In this document: in pieces, positions 9,843 through 18,902 of the stretch
How positions within the stretch are numbered: position 1 is the first letter of the stretch
Layout of the letters: each line of letters begins with the position of its first letter
Source of the DNA: an uncultured Actinomycetota bacterium
GTDB taxonomy: Bacteria; Actinomycetota; Actinomycetes; JAHEKZ01
Assembly (NCBI GenBank): GCA_963829525.1
Contig: CAWHIJ010000003.1
Span: 896,001 to 960,000 of the forward strand
Reading direction: 5' to 3'
Length of the DNA stretch: 64,000 bases
The notes under the pieces: model-generated
Told to the model about the DNA's origin: nothing
Database searches by the model: none
What the model saw: only the letters and a program-made list of their open reading frames with translations
Made by a program: the position numbers and the translations under genes

Positions 9843-11273
9843 GTGGACCGTGCCGAGAGCCCAAAGCGGTCGCGTGGCGACCAGCGCAAGCAGCCGGAGG
9901 AACGAGTCCGTTCGGCCATCTCTGGACGCATTCACCGGGTCGCCGTTGTCTCGCACGACCGCGTCCTGCGCCGCTTCTGGGTCTCGCAGATGGTCAGTGA
10001 GATGGGCGACTGGATCGGGTTGCTGGGAATCGCGGCCCTGCTGTACGCCAACACAGGTTTGGCGATCGCCGCCTCCGGCAGCCTGGCTGCCCTCTATCTG
10101 CCCTATCTCTTCGCGCCCCTTCTGGTCGGCTGGGCCTCGAAGATCCCGCCACGGCGACTCTTGATCGGTGCCGACTTCCTGCGCGCGGCGCTCATCTTGC
10201 TCCTGCTCGTCCCCGATCTGCCTGCCTGGTCCTTGCTGGCTCTGGTCTTCCTGGCCTCGGTGCCCACGTCGGTGTACGAGGCGACGCGTGCGGCCGCGGT
10301 GCCGGAGTACGCCCAGGACGAAGAGACTCGCGAGGACGCCCTGGTCCTCTTCCAGTCGACCCAGCAGATCGCCAGCATGCTCGGCTTCCTGGTCGGCGGA
10401 GCCGCACTGGCGCTGGTCGGTTTTGCTGCAGCCATCGGGCTCAACGCATTTTCCTTCCTTGTCTCAGGTCTGCTCCTGCTCGGCGTTCCAAAGCTCGCAC
10501 CGTTGGCCGACGTCACCGACACCGCCCGCGGGCTCCTGCGCAACGGTGTCCGGGCGCTGGTCGGGCGCCCCATCCTGCGGCTCGCCGTCCTCTTGTCGGT
10601 GGTCAGTGCGAGCACGATCATGGCAGGCGAGGCGTTGGTCGTGGTCTACGCCACCGGGTTCGACCACCCTGGTCTCGCGGGTCCCTTCGCCGCACTGATG
10701 GCCTTCGTCGCAGCGTTGCTCGGTCTCATGCTCCCGCGGCACCGGGGTAGCGGGGATCTGATGCGCCTGTCAGCGGTCACCATGATCGTCGGCGGGATTC
10801 TGGCCGTCGCCGCATTCGCTCTTCCAGCAAGCTTCGTGCCGGGAGTTGTCGGGTACATCGGGCTTGGCATCATCAGCGCGCCCGGCGCCCTGACCTACGT
10901 CGTCGCCGTGCGAGAGATGGCTCCGGCCATTCGGGCTCCCGTGTTCGCGCTGGTACAGGTAGCACTCATGGGCGGCCAGGCAACGGTCGCCGTGCTTGCA
11001 GGAAGTCTGGCCGACCGGACGTCGGTGGGTACCTCCATCGCTCTGTGGCAGGTGCCGACGATTGCCATTTCGGTGTGGGTACTCGCCGCCGCCGTTGGCG
11101 CCTACGTGGTGCGATTCATGGTTCGCGCCAAGAAGGCAGCAGCTTCTAGGCCAACCCCCGGCGCGCCACGGCCGGTGGCCGAGTTCCCGCGATCGCCTGC
11201 ACCATCGCCAGTACCTCGCGCGTCTCGCGCACCTCGTGCACGCGAAAGACCCGTGCTCCCAACCAAGAACTGA
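9843..11273 (+). CDS. MFS transporter
   Basis: About 12 hydrophobic helices; FWVSQMVSEMGDW; the last ~40 aa overlap folP antisense. Confidence 0.88.
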   Translation: MDRAESPKRSRGDQRKQPEERVRSAISGRIHRVAVVSHDRVLRRFWVSQMVSEMGDWIGLLGIAALLYANTGLAIAASGSLAALYLPYLFAPLLVGWASKIPPRRLLIGADFLRAALILLLLVPDLPAWSLLALVFLASVPTSVYEATRAAAVPEYAQDEETREDALVLFQSTQQIASMLGFLVGGAALALVGFAAAIGLNAFSFLVSGLLLLGVPKLAPLADVTDTARGLLRNGVRALVGRPILRLAVLLSVVSASTIMAGEALVVVYATGFDHPGLAGPFAALMAFVAALLGLMLPRHRGSGDLMRLSAVTMIVGGILAVAAFALPASFVPGVVGYIGLGIISAPGALTYVVAVREMAPAIRAPVFALVQVALMGGQATVAVLAGSLADRTSVGTSIALWQVPTIAISVWVLAAAVGAYVVRFMVRAKKAAASRPTPGAPRPVAEFPRSPAPSPVPRASRAPRARERPVLPTKN

Positions 11274-12018
11274 CAGCTGTCGCTGCGAGTGTTCCCGTGA
11301 GTCGCTCCCCGACCGGTACATCCAGCGTCTCGCCAACGAAGTCTTTGTTTGACAGTGACACAAGCACGGGGCGCCCGGTCGCGACGAGCCGATCAAGCCC
11401 ACGCGTGACGGCGAGTGAGTGCCGGGTGTTCTTCCCGAAGTCGTGGCCCGGGTCGATGAGGATCCGCTCAGGCGGAATGCCGGCTGCCTCGGCCCGGGAA
11501 GCCTCGAGCGCCAAGAAACCGAGCACAGAGCCGACGACGTCCTCATACTCCACGCGATGGGGGCGAGTGCGCGGTGCCGCCCCTCCCGTGTGCGTGCAAA
11601 CGATGCCAACACCGCGGGCTGCCGCGACATCGACGAGTTGAGTGTCGTAGCCGCCCCACGCGTCGTTGATCAGGTCGGCCCCCGCCCGGCACACCGCGTC
11701 CCCGACCTCATGGCGCCAGGTGTCGACGCTGATCACCACGTCGGGGTGCCGCTCCCGAATCGCAGCGACGAAGTCGACCGTCCGGTCGAGCTCTTCGTCA
11801 ACATCGACTTCAGCGCCGGGACCAGCCTTGACGCCACCGATGTCGACGATGTCGGCTCCGGCGGCGACGGCTGCGTCGACGGCGGCGAGGGCTCTGTCAT
11901 CGGCGAACGTGCGCCCCGCGTCATAGAAGGAATCGGGCGTTCGGTTGACGATGGCCATGACGGCCCTGTCCTCGGGGCTGAAGGAACGGCGCCCCAATTG
12001 CAGATTGGGTGGTGACAC
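11146..12018 (-). CDS. folP: Dihydropteroate synthase family protein (FolP2-like)
   Basis: MAIVNRTPDSFYD, DIGGVKAGPG, SVDTWR, DPGHDFGKNT, SNKDFVGE; GTG at 12018. Confidence 0.92.
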   Translation of the reverse strand: MSPPNLQLGRRSFSPEDRAVMAIVNRTPDSFYDAGRTFADDRALAAVDAAVAAGADIVDIGGVKAGPGAEVDVDEELDRTVDFVAAIRERHPDVVISVDTWRHEVGDAVCRAGADLINDAWGGYDTQLVDVAAARGVGIVCTHTGGAAPRTRPHRVEYEDVVGSVLGFLALEASRAEAAGIPPERILIDPGHDFGKNTRHSLAVTRGLDRLVATGRPVLVSLSNKDFVGETLDVPVGERLTGTLAATAVSSWLGARVFRVHEVRETREVLAMVQAIAGTRPPAVARRGLA

Positions 12019-12093
12019 GTTGCTCCCACGTGGCTTGATGCCGGACCGGCTCCGGCATGGGACCATCGTGTCGCATCGAAGGAGGCGCGTCGC

Positions 12094-12393
12094 ATGATGT
12101 GGATTCTGTGGTTGATCGTGATCACCGCGATCTTGCTTACTGTGGTCTTGCTGGCTCTCGGGCGGGGCGATGGCCTCGCGGAGGAGGAGCCGGACGACGT
12201 CGTGGTGCGGCTCCCGGAAGATCGCAGCATGGTCGCCTCCGACGTCGAAACACTCCGGCTGCCGCTGGCGGTGCGCGGCTACCAGATGGCTGCGGTCGAC
12301 GAAGTCCTCGACCGACTCGCGGTGGAGATCGCCCTGCGGGATGCTCAGATCCGGCAGTTGCAGGGACTCGATCCCACGCCTACGGAGGCCTGA
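12094..12393 (+). CDS. DivIVA-domain membrane protein
   Basis: N-terminal TM; LAVRGYQMAAVDEVLDRL; SD ggagg. Confidence 0.85.
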   Translation: MMWILWLIVITAILLTVVLLALGRGDGLAEEEPDDVVVRLPEDRSMVASDVETLRLPLAVRGYQMAAVDEVLDRLAVEIALRDAQIRQLQGLDPTPTEA

Positions 12394-12849
12394 GTGAGCG
12401 CGTACATCGCAGTCGACGTCGTGGTCGATGCGCCACCGCAGGCGGTGTGGGATGCCGTCACTGACTGGCCCCGGCAGTCCGAGTGGATGCTCGGGACGAC
12501 GGTCCGGACCACCGAGGGTGGTGGAGTCGGAGTCGGCGGCGGTCTTGAGGCCTTCACCGGTGTTGGGCGCGCCGGCTTCCTGGACACCATGGTCATCACT
12601 GAGTGGGACCCGCCGTGGAAGTGCGTCGTGCGCCACACCGGGCGGGTGGTCAAGGGGCTCGGGATCTTTGAGGTGTTGGCGCTTCCCGGGGGCCGTTCCC
12701 GTTTCGTGTGGGCCGAAGAGCTCGACCTCCCGTTGGGGGTGCTCGGCCGCATCGGCTGGCCGGTCGTGCGCCCGGGATTCGCCTGGGGGGTGCGCCGAAG
12801 TCTGCAGAAACTGGCCAGGGACGTCGAGCGCGACAACGCGTCGCGCTAG
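12394..12849 (+). CDS. SRPBCC family protein
   Basis: APPQAVWDAVTDWPRQSEW START-fold signature. Confidence 0.85.
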   Translation: MSAYIAVDVVVDAPPQAVWDAVTDWPRQSEWMLGTTVRTTEGGGVGVGGGLEAFTGVGRAGFLDTMVITEWDPPWKCVVRHTGRVVKGLGIFEVLALPGGRSRFVWAEELDLPLGVLGRIGWPVVRPGFAWGVRRSLQKLARDVERDNASR

Positions 12850-12995
12850 CGCTGCGCACTGGGGCGGGCGCACACCGTCACCGGTCGTGCGGAATAATGA
12901 TCAGGCACAGTTCGGAGGGCTCTCCGAGGAGTACATCGAACTAGGGCTCCGCGTGCCGAACTCTCGGTGGCGCGGCCTTCTGAAAGGGGATGCCC

Positions 12996-13163
12996 ATGGC
13001 GGCCATGAAGCCGCGCACCGGTGACGGTCCACTCGAGGTGACCAAGGAAGGCCGCGGCATCGTCATGCGCGTCCCCCTCGAGGGTGGCGGCCGGCTCGTC
13101 GTCGAGCTCAACGCCGAGGAAGCCACAGACCTGGGTGCCCAGCTCGTCGCTGTGGTGGGCTGA
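12996..13163 (+). CDS. DUF3117 family protein (55 aa; not in the ORF track)
   Basis: MAAMKPRTGDGPLEVTKEGRGIVMRVPLEGGGRLVVEL, a highly conserved actinobacterial peptide; SD aagggg. Confidence 0.93.
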   Translation: MAAMKPRTGDGPLEVTKEGRGIVMRVPLEGGGRLVVELNAEEATDLGAQLVAVVG

Positions 13164-13168
13164 GGCCG

Positions 13169-13516
13169 GTGTTCGGCCTCTCGGTGCGGTGGTCCCTGAA
13201 GGACGCACCGCCCGACGCAGCGCAACAGTTGCGCAACTACGTCGTGCAGACGTCACTGAATCGGTTTTCCGGCATGGATGGATTGCACATGAAGACGTGG
13301 CGCATGATGGACGGCGACTGGTTCGAAGGAACCTACATCTTCGCCACGCGCGAGGACCGCGACCACTTCCTAGCCGGATTCATGCCGGGTGAAGCGACGG
13401 CACCGGGAAGCGTAATAGTTGGTTCGGCCCCCGTCGCCTACGAACCCTTCGAGGTTGTCGCAATCGCTGAGGGCGGCTCCGGGTTCGTATCCGGCGCCGG
13501 ACCTGGCATCGCCTGA
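13169..13516 (+). CDS. Hypothetical protein, dimeric alpha/beta-barrel (YdhR/ABM-like)
   Basis: GLHMKTWR...FEGTYIFATREDRDHF pattern; directly follows DUF3117. Confidence 0.6.
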   Translation: MFGLSVRWSLKDAPPDAAQQLRNYVVQTSLNRFSGMDGLHMKTWRMMDGDWFEGTYIFATREDRDHFLAGFMPGEATAPGSVIVGSAPVAYEPFEVVAIAEGGSGFVSGAGPGIA

Positions 13517-13527
13517 AGCTCGAGTCC

Positions 13528-14163
13528 CTAGAGTCTCTGCGCCACCAGCAAACCATCGCCCACAGGAATCAGGAGCGGCCTGATCCGCTCGTCTTCGCGG
13601 GTGTCGTTGATCAGGGTGCGAACCGCGATCGTCGCGGGGTCACGTTGGGCGGGGTCGGCGACACGGCCACCTGCCAGGACATCGTTGAAGACCACTAGCC
13701 CCCCCGGCCGGAGCAGCCGAAGGGCTTCCTCGAAGTAGCGACTCGACTCTTGCGGGTTCCCGTCGAAGAAGACAAGGTCGTAGCCCGCGTCGGCGAGCCG
13801 GGAAAGTACGTCGAGGACTCGGCCGGTGATGAGCCGCACGCGCTGCGTGGGGACTCCAGCCTCGTTGAATGTCTGTCGCGCGGCTCGTGAGTTCTCGGTC
13901 TCCTCGTCGACTGACGTAAGGACGCCGTCGTCGGTCATGCCGCGCAGGAGCCACAGCCCTGAAACGCCTGAGCCGGTACCGACCTCGGCAACCGCACGGG
14001 CCCCGACCAGGTCGGCGAGCCATTGCAGGGTGGCTCCGGTGGCCGGAGATACAGAAGAGACGCCGATCTCTTCGCCGCGCTGTCGGGCAGCCTCGAGCAG
14101 AATGTCTTCTGGTCGATAGTCGTCAACGAACTGACGGCTAGCGGCTGCTTCGTCGATGGTGAT
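13528..14163 (-). CDS. SAM-dependent O-methyltransferase (non-canonical ATC start)
   Basis: Frame is open upstream of the tracked ATG and contains the SAM motif EVGTGSGVSG; AGGAGG lies 6 nt before ATC at 14163; YDLVFFDG, LRPGGLVVFND. Confidence 0.88.
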   Translation of the reverse strand: MTIDEAAASRQFVDDYRPEDILLEAARQRGEEIGVSSVSPATGATLQWLADLVGARAVAEVGTGSGVSGLWLLRGMTDDGVLTSVDEETENSRAARQTFNEAGVPTQRVRLITGRVLDVLSRLADAGYDLVFFDGNPQESSRYFEEALRLLRPGGLVVFNDVLAGGRVADPAQRDPATIAVRTLINDTREDERIRPLLIPVGDGLLVAQRL

Positions 14164-14289
14164 GATGGGCCTCCTCAGCTGTCCGGTCTGAGTCGTTGCG
14201 TGTGCGGCGCCCCGACCCTATCCCTGGCTGGAGGTTGGTACCCATGGTCCCCGGCCACAGGCGGGAAAATGACCCCGTAGCGTGGTGGT

Positions 14290-15411
14290 GTGAGCACTCC
14301 GACCTCATCGCGGTACGTCTACCGCAGCCCAGCAAACCGGCGCCCGAGTCTGCTGGTGCTGGTGCTCGCTGCACTGCTGGTCGGACTGGTCGGGGGAGCC
14401 GCCGCCGCAGCTGCTGTCCTCTGGATCAATGAGCGTAGCGACACCATTCCTGGGATCTCTCTGCCGGTGGCCCCGGTCGCAGCCGACCCGCCGAGCAGGG
14501 TGACTGCGATCGCCGACGCCGTTCTGCCGACGGTTGTCTCCCTCGAGGTGCGTGGCAGTGGAGGAGGTTCGACCGGATCTGGTTTCGTCGTCCGGCCTGA
14601 CGGCTACATCGTCACGAACAGCCACGTCGTCTCCGGTGCCGTGGACGGCGGCTCAGTGACCATTACCTTCGCAGATGGTGGTCGGGTGCCCGCCCGCATC
14701 GTCGGCCGGTCGCCCACCTACGACCTTGCGGTCGTCAAAGTGGACCGCGACAAGCTGCCGGCCGCCTTGCTCGGTGACTCCGACCAGCTTCGGGTCGGCG
14801 ACCCTGTTGTGGCGGTCGGTTCCCCACTCGGGCTCAGTGGCACGGTCACGACTGGGATCGTGAGTGCCCTAGACCGTCCGGTGACGACGTCTGACGCGGG
14901 GGAGGCGTCATATATCAGCGCGATCCAGACCGATGCTGCGATAAACCCGGGTAACTCCGGTGGTCCCCTCGTCGACGGCCGTGGTCGCGTTGTCGGCATC
15001 ACCAGCGCGATCGCGACGTTGGGCACCGGAGGGTCCAGCGGCAGCATCGGGCTTGGCTTCGCCATCCCGGTGAACCAGGCCAAGGTGATCGTCGAGCAGC
15101 TCATCGCCGAGGGCGAGGCTGAGTACCCGATCGTGGGGGTGCTGCTCGACCTGACCCGGTCCGGTCCTGGTGCTCAGGTGCAGCTGGCATCGGCACCGGG
15201 TGAAGCCGTGACGCCAGGTGGTCCGGCTGACATCGCCGGTGTTCAGCCCGGTGATCTCATCGTGGCCGTTGACGGCGAACCGATCGAGACATTCGAGGAG
15301 TTCGTGGTCCTCGTACGCAGCCAGCGGCCCGGTGACGAGATCTCGCTGCTGGTGGAGCGGGGCGACGAGCAGGTCACTCTCGACGTCACTTTGGGAGCAA
15401 CCGTCGGCTGA
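14290..15411 (+). CDS. HtrA/DegP-like serine protease with PDZ domain
   Basis: TM anchor; TNSHV, DLAV, QTDAAINPGNSGGPL triad; C-terminal PDZ. Confidence 0.95.
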   Translation: MSTPTSSRYVYRSPANRRPSLLVLVLAALLVGLVGGAAAAAAVLWINERSDTIPGISLPVAPVAADPPSRVTAIADAVLPTVVSLEVRGSGGGSTGSGFVVRPDGYIVTNSHVVSGAVDGGSVTITFADGGRVPARIVGRSPTYDLAVVKVDRDKLPAALLGDSDQLRVGDPVVAVGSPLGLSGTVTTGIVSALDRPVTTSDAGEASYISAIQTDAAINPGNSGGPLVDGRGRVVGITSAIATLGTGGSSGSIGLGFAIPVNQAKVIVEQLIAEGEAEYPIVGVLLDLTRSGPGAQVQLASAPGEAVTPGGPADIAGVQPGDLIVAVDGEPIETFEEFVVLVRSQRPGDEISLLVERGDEQVTLDVTLGATVG

Positions 15412-15437
15412 CGAGCATCCTGGCCTACTCTGGAGCT

Positions 15438-15782
15438 GTGTTCGACATCAATATGTGGGAGATCGCGGCGATCGCGATTCTCGCCTTGCTGATCTTCGGG
15501 CCGGACAAACTGCCTGGCCTCGCCGCAGATGCCGCCCGGCTGCTGCGCGAGGTGCGCAAGATGGCGACAGGTGCCAAGCAGGACCTCAAGGACTCTCTCG
15601 GTCCCGAGCTGGGCGACCTCAACGTGAACGACCTTGACCCGCGATCATTCGTCAAGCGCAACCTCTTCGACCCCATCGATGATGAAGTCAAGGATGCGCG
15701 AAGGGCCGCCGAAGGCGGTGCCGCTGGTGAATCGGGCGGCAAGGGATCATCGGGTCCCACCTTCGACTCCGACACCACCTGA
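15438..15782 (+). CDS. tatB: Twin-arginine translocase subunit TatB
   Basis: MFDINMWE..LLIFGPDKLP; htrA-tatB-mrp synteny. Confidence 0.9.
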   Translation: MFDINMWEIAAIAILALLIFGPDKLPGLAADAARLLREVRKMATGAKQDLKDSLGPELGDLNVNDLDPRSFVKRNLFDPIDDEVKDARRAAEGGAAGESGGKGSSGPTFDSDTT

Positions 15783-15785
15783 GGG

Positions 15786-16919
15786 TCAGCCGCGGTTAGG
15801 AGTCAGGCTCAGCGACTTGCCGAGCAGCCCACGTTCGCGGCGTCCTAGCCGTGTAGCGATTTCGGTCAGAGTCACGGCCGCAGGTGCATCCGGGTCAGTG
15901 AGCACCAAGGGCTGACCGTTGTCACCGCCTTCGCGCAGCCGCACATCGATCGGAACCGCACCGAGCAGCGGTACCGGAGCGCCGAGCGAGCGGCTGAGCC
16001 CTGACGCCACCTGCTCGCCCCCACCAGAGCCGAAAACCTCAACGCGTTCGTTGCAGTGCGGGCAGGGCAGCCACGCCATGTTCTCAATGACCCCGGCCAC
16101 GCGTTGATGCGTCTGCAGGGCGATGGTGCCGGCCCGCTCAGCCACCTCGGCTGCCGCCTGCTGCGGCGTTGTCACAACGAGCAGCTCGGCGGTCGGCACC
16201 AGCTGCGCCACGGAGATGGCGATGTCTCCGGTGCCGGGGGGTAGGTCCATGAGCAGGACATCGAGGTCGCCCCACCAGACATCGGCGAGGAACTGTTGCA
16301 GGGCTCGGTGGAGCATGGGGCCGCGCCACACCACAGGGGTGTTGCCAGCGGTGAACATACCGATGGAGATGACCTTCACACCGTGTGACTGCGGCGGCAT
16401 GATCAAACCTTCGACCTGGGTAGGGCGCCCTTCAACGCCGAGCATGCGTGGGATCGAGTGACCGTAGATGTCTGCATCGACGACGCCCACCGACAGCCCA
16501 TCGGCGGCCATCGCTGCAGCAAGGTTGACCGTCACCGATGACTTCCCGACGCCACCTTTGCCGGACGCCACCGCGAAGACACGCGTGAGCGAGTCAGCTT
16601 TGGCGAAGGGGATCTCACGCTCGGCCTGGCCGCCCCGAAGCTTCTGTGCCATTGCCTGGCGTTGCTCATCGCTCATCACATCGAGGACGACAGACACGTC
16701 TGTGACGCCGGCAACTGCAGATACCGCGTTGGTCACGTCGGTCGTGATTCGGTCACGCATGGGGCAGCCGGCGACAGTGAGGTAAACCTCGACGGCGACT
16801 CGCCCCGACTGATCGGAGTCGACCGACTTGACCATTCCGAGATCGGTGATGGGTTGGTGGATCTCGGGGTCCTTGACGGTGGCAAGGGCGGCGTGGACGG
16901 CATCGAGGTCGACGGGCAT
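15786..16919 (-). CDS. mrp: Mrp/ApbC/NBP35 Fe-S carrier ATPase
   Basis: DUF59-like N-terminus; SGKGGVGKSS, WRGPMLH, DLPPGTGD, CPHC. Confidence 0.95.
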   Translation of the reverse strand: MPVDLDAVHAALATVKDPEIHQPITDLGMVKSVDSDQSGRVAVEVYLTVAGCPMRDRITTDVTNAVSAVAGVTDVSVVLDVMSDEQRQAMAQKLRGGQAEREIPFAKADSLTRVFAVASGKGGVGKSSVTVNLAAAMAADGLSVGVVDADIYGHSIPRMLGVEGRPTQVEGLIMPPQSHGVKVISIGMFTAGNTPVVWRGPMLHRALQQFLADVWWGDLDVLLMDLPPGTGDIAISVAQLVPTAELLVVTTPQQAAAEVAERAGTIALQTHQRVAGVIENMAWLPCPHCNERVEVFGSGGGEQVASGLSRSLGAPVPLLGAVPIDVRLREGGDNGQPLVLTDPDAPAAVTLTEIATRLGRRERGLLGKSLSLTPNRG

Positions 16920-16942
16920 GCTCTGATGCTACGTGCGAAGAC

Positions 16943-18736
16943 TCAGCCAGGCTCGGGGGCGTCCACCTGCGTCACGCGGAGCACTTCTTCAAACGTGGTG
17001 CGCCCGGCAGCGGCATGTTGCAGGGCCGCCTCCTGCAAGGTGATGAAATCGTGTCCGGCGTTCAGGAGGGTCTCCTCGGTGGGGTCGTGCGCGAAGGCGC
17101 GCCGAAGACTGGCGGTGACGGGGAGCACCTCAAAGGCGCCGATCCGGCCCCGGTAGCCGGTCATTCCGCACTTGAGGCAGCCAGCGCCTCGGCGAGGGTT
17201 GGCCTGGGTGAGGGTGTCGAGGTCAACGGCGAGCGCAGCCAGAATCTCGTCGGTCGGCACATGCGGCTCGCTGCACTCGCTGCAGACTCGACGCACCAAG
17301 CGCTGGGCGACGACAAGGTTGAGGGATGACGCAACCAGGAAGGGCGGGATCTCCATGTCGACCAATCGGGTCAGCGCCTGCGCGGCACCGTTGGTGTGGA
17401 CGGTGCTGAGGACGAGGTGTCCGGTCAGCGAGGCACGTAGCGCCAGCTCCGCGGTCTCCTTGTCACGGATCTCACCGACCAGGACGACATCGGGGTCTTG
17501 TCGCAGGATTGCGCGGAGCCCTTTGGCGAACGTCATCCCGCTTCGAACGTTGACGTTTACCTGAGTAATCCCGGGCAACTGGATCTCGACGGGGTCCTCG
17601 AGGGTGACCACATTTCGTTCGGGTGTGATCACCTCGTTGATTGCTGCGTAGAGAGTGTTGGTCTTGCCTGACCCCGTCGGGCCGGTGATCAAGATCAGAC
17701 CTTGCGACACCTTCAGCGAGCGTTGCAGGATCTCCAACTGCTCGGGCAGCAGACCGAGGGAATCGGGACCAGGGACATGCTCGGTAGTGGTCAGCAGGCG
17801 GATCACGACCTTCTCGCCGTGAATCGCCGGCAGCGTGCTGACCCGTGCATCGATGGCTGTTCCGTCGACGCTGATCCGGGTGCGTCCGTCCTGGGGCACA
17901 CGTCGTTCAGAGATGTCGAGACCGGAGATGATCTTCAGCCGACTGATCATGCTGGGGCCGGCATTTCGAGGGACGGTCATCATGTCGCGCAGCAGCCCGT
18001 CGATTCGGTAGCGAATGCGAACGGCATCACGCTGCGGCTCGACGTGGATGTCGCTGGCTCCGGCGCGTACCGCGTCGCCGAGGAGTGCGTCGAGCAGGCG
18101 CACAGTCGGCGTCTGGTCAGCGGAGTCGTCGTCATCATCGGTTTCGTCATGCTCGATCGACAACAGCTGAACGGCGTCGGCCGCATCATCTCCGATCGAC
18201 CAGACACGTTTGATCTGAACAGCGATCTGCGTCGGGGTTGCCACGACGACATGCAGGGAGCGCTCACGGGTGTGGATACGCACGTCGTCGAGGGCGAGTA
18301 CGTTGGTGGGGTCGGACGCAGCCAGGCGCAGACCGGTGTCCTCCCGTGCCAAGACGATCAGCCCAAAACGCTCGGCCATCGAGCGGGGAATGAGCTGGGC
18401 AACGGTCGGGTCGACGGGTTCGGTCGAAAGGTCGACCACGTCGAGGGCGAGAAGGTCGCCGAGCGCCTCGGCGACCTGCTCCTCGCTCCCGAGCCTCCGT
18501 GAGACAACGAGTTGTCCGAGGCGCATGCGGCCGGCTCCGTCTACCGGACGAAGAGCGGCCTGCTCAGCAAGAAGCTCGTCGAGCTGAATCTCGTCGATGA
18601 CCGCGTGGCTGACCAGGACCTCGCCGAGACGCCTTCGCATCGTTCGTTCGTGGCGCGGGGAAGGCTGAGACGACCCAGCGGTGGGCGCGGCGCTCTCGAT
18701 GGCGGCCTTGCGGTTCGTCGACAGTGGGGACTTCAC
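16943..18736 (-). CDS. GspE/PilB family secretion/pilus ATPase with MshEN-like N-terminus (start 18736 or 18640)
   Basis: ASDIHVEP, GPTGSGKT, TLEDPVE, LRQDPDVVLVGEIRD, tetracysteine CSEC/CLKC; two RLG repeats. Confidence 0.93.
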   Translation of the reverse strand: MKSPLSTNRKAAIESAAPTAGSSQPSPRHERTMRRRLGEVLVSHAVIDEIQLDELLAEQAALRPVDGAGRMRLGQLVVSRRLGSEEQVAEALGDLLALDVVDLSTEPVDPTVAQLIPRSMAERFGLIVLAREDTGLRLAASDPTNVLALDDVRIHTRERSLHVVVATPTQIAVQIKRVWSIGDDAADAVQLLSIEHDETDDDDDSADQTPTVRLLDALLGDAVRAGASDIHVEPQRDAVRIRYRIDGLLRDMMTVPRNAGPSMISRLKIISGLDISERRVPQDGRTRISVDGTAIDARVSTLPAIHGEKVVIRLLTTTEHVPGPDSLGLLPEQLEILQRSLKVSQGLILITGPTGSGKTNTLYAAINEVITPERNVVTLEDPVEIQLPGITQVNVNVRSGMTFAKGLRAILRQDPDVVLVGEIRDKETAELALRASLTGHLVLSTVHTNGAAQALTRLVDMEIPPFLVASSLNLVVAQRLVRRVCSECSEPHVPTDEILAALAVDLDTLTQANPRRGAGCLKCGMTGYRGRIGAFEVLPVTASLRRAFAHDPTEETLLNAGHDFITLQEAALQHAAAGRTTFEEVLRVTQVDAPEPG

Positions 18737-18802
18737 CGTCAAGTTGTCGGCCCGATGGCGCCCCGGCTGGAGCCGTGGGGGCGGGCGGCGTAGCGTGGCC
18801 CG

Positions 18803-18900
18803 CACACCGCGGGAGCCCACAAGGGGGCTGAGAGGGCGATCAGCAAGATCTGGTCGCCGACCGCCTGAACCTGTCCGGTTAATGCCGGCGTGGGAGAGTG
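18803..18900 (+). ncRNA. TPP (THI-box) riboswitch
   Basis: cgggagc..gctgagagg..gaccgc-tgaacctg..taatgccggcgtggga consensus; -10 TAGCGT at 18791-18796; the SD overlaps the 3' P1 strand. Confidence 0.93.
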
Positions 18901-18902
18901 CC

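Noticed and set aside
13528-13938. O-methyltransferase as a truncated pseudogene
   Set aside because: The frame is intact upstream with the SAM motif and a strong SD; a non-canonical start explains it
16943-18736. Complete type II secretion or type IV pilus locus
   Set aside because: Only the ATPase is present in this window
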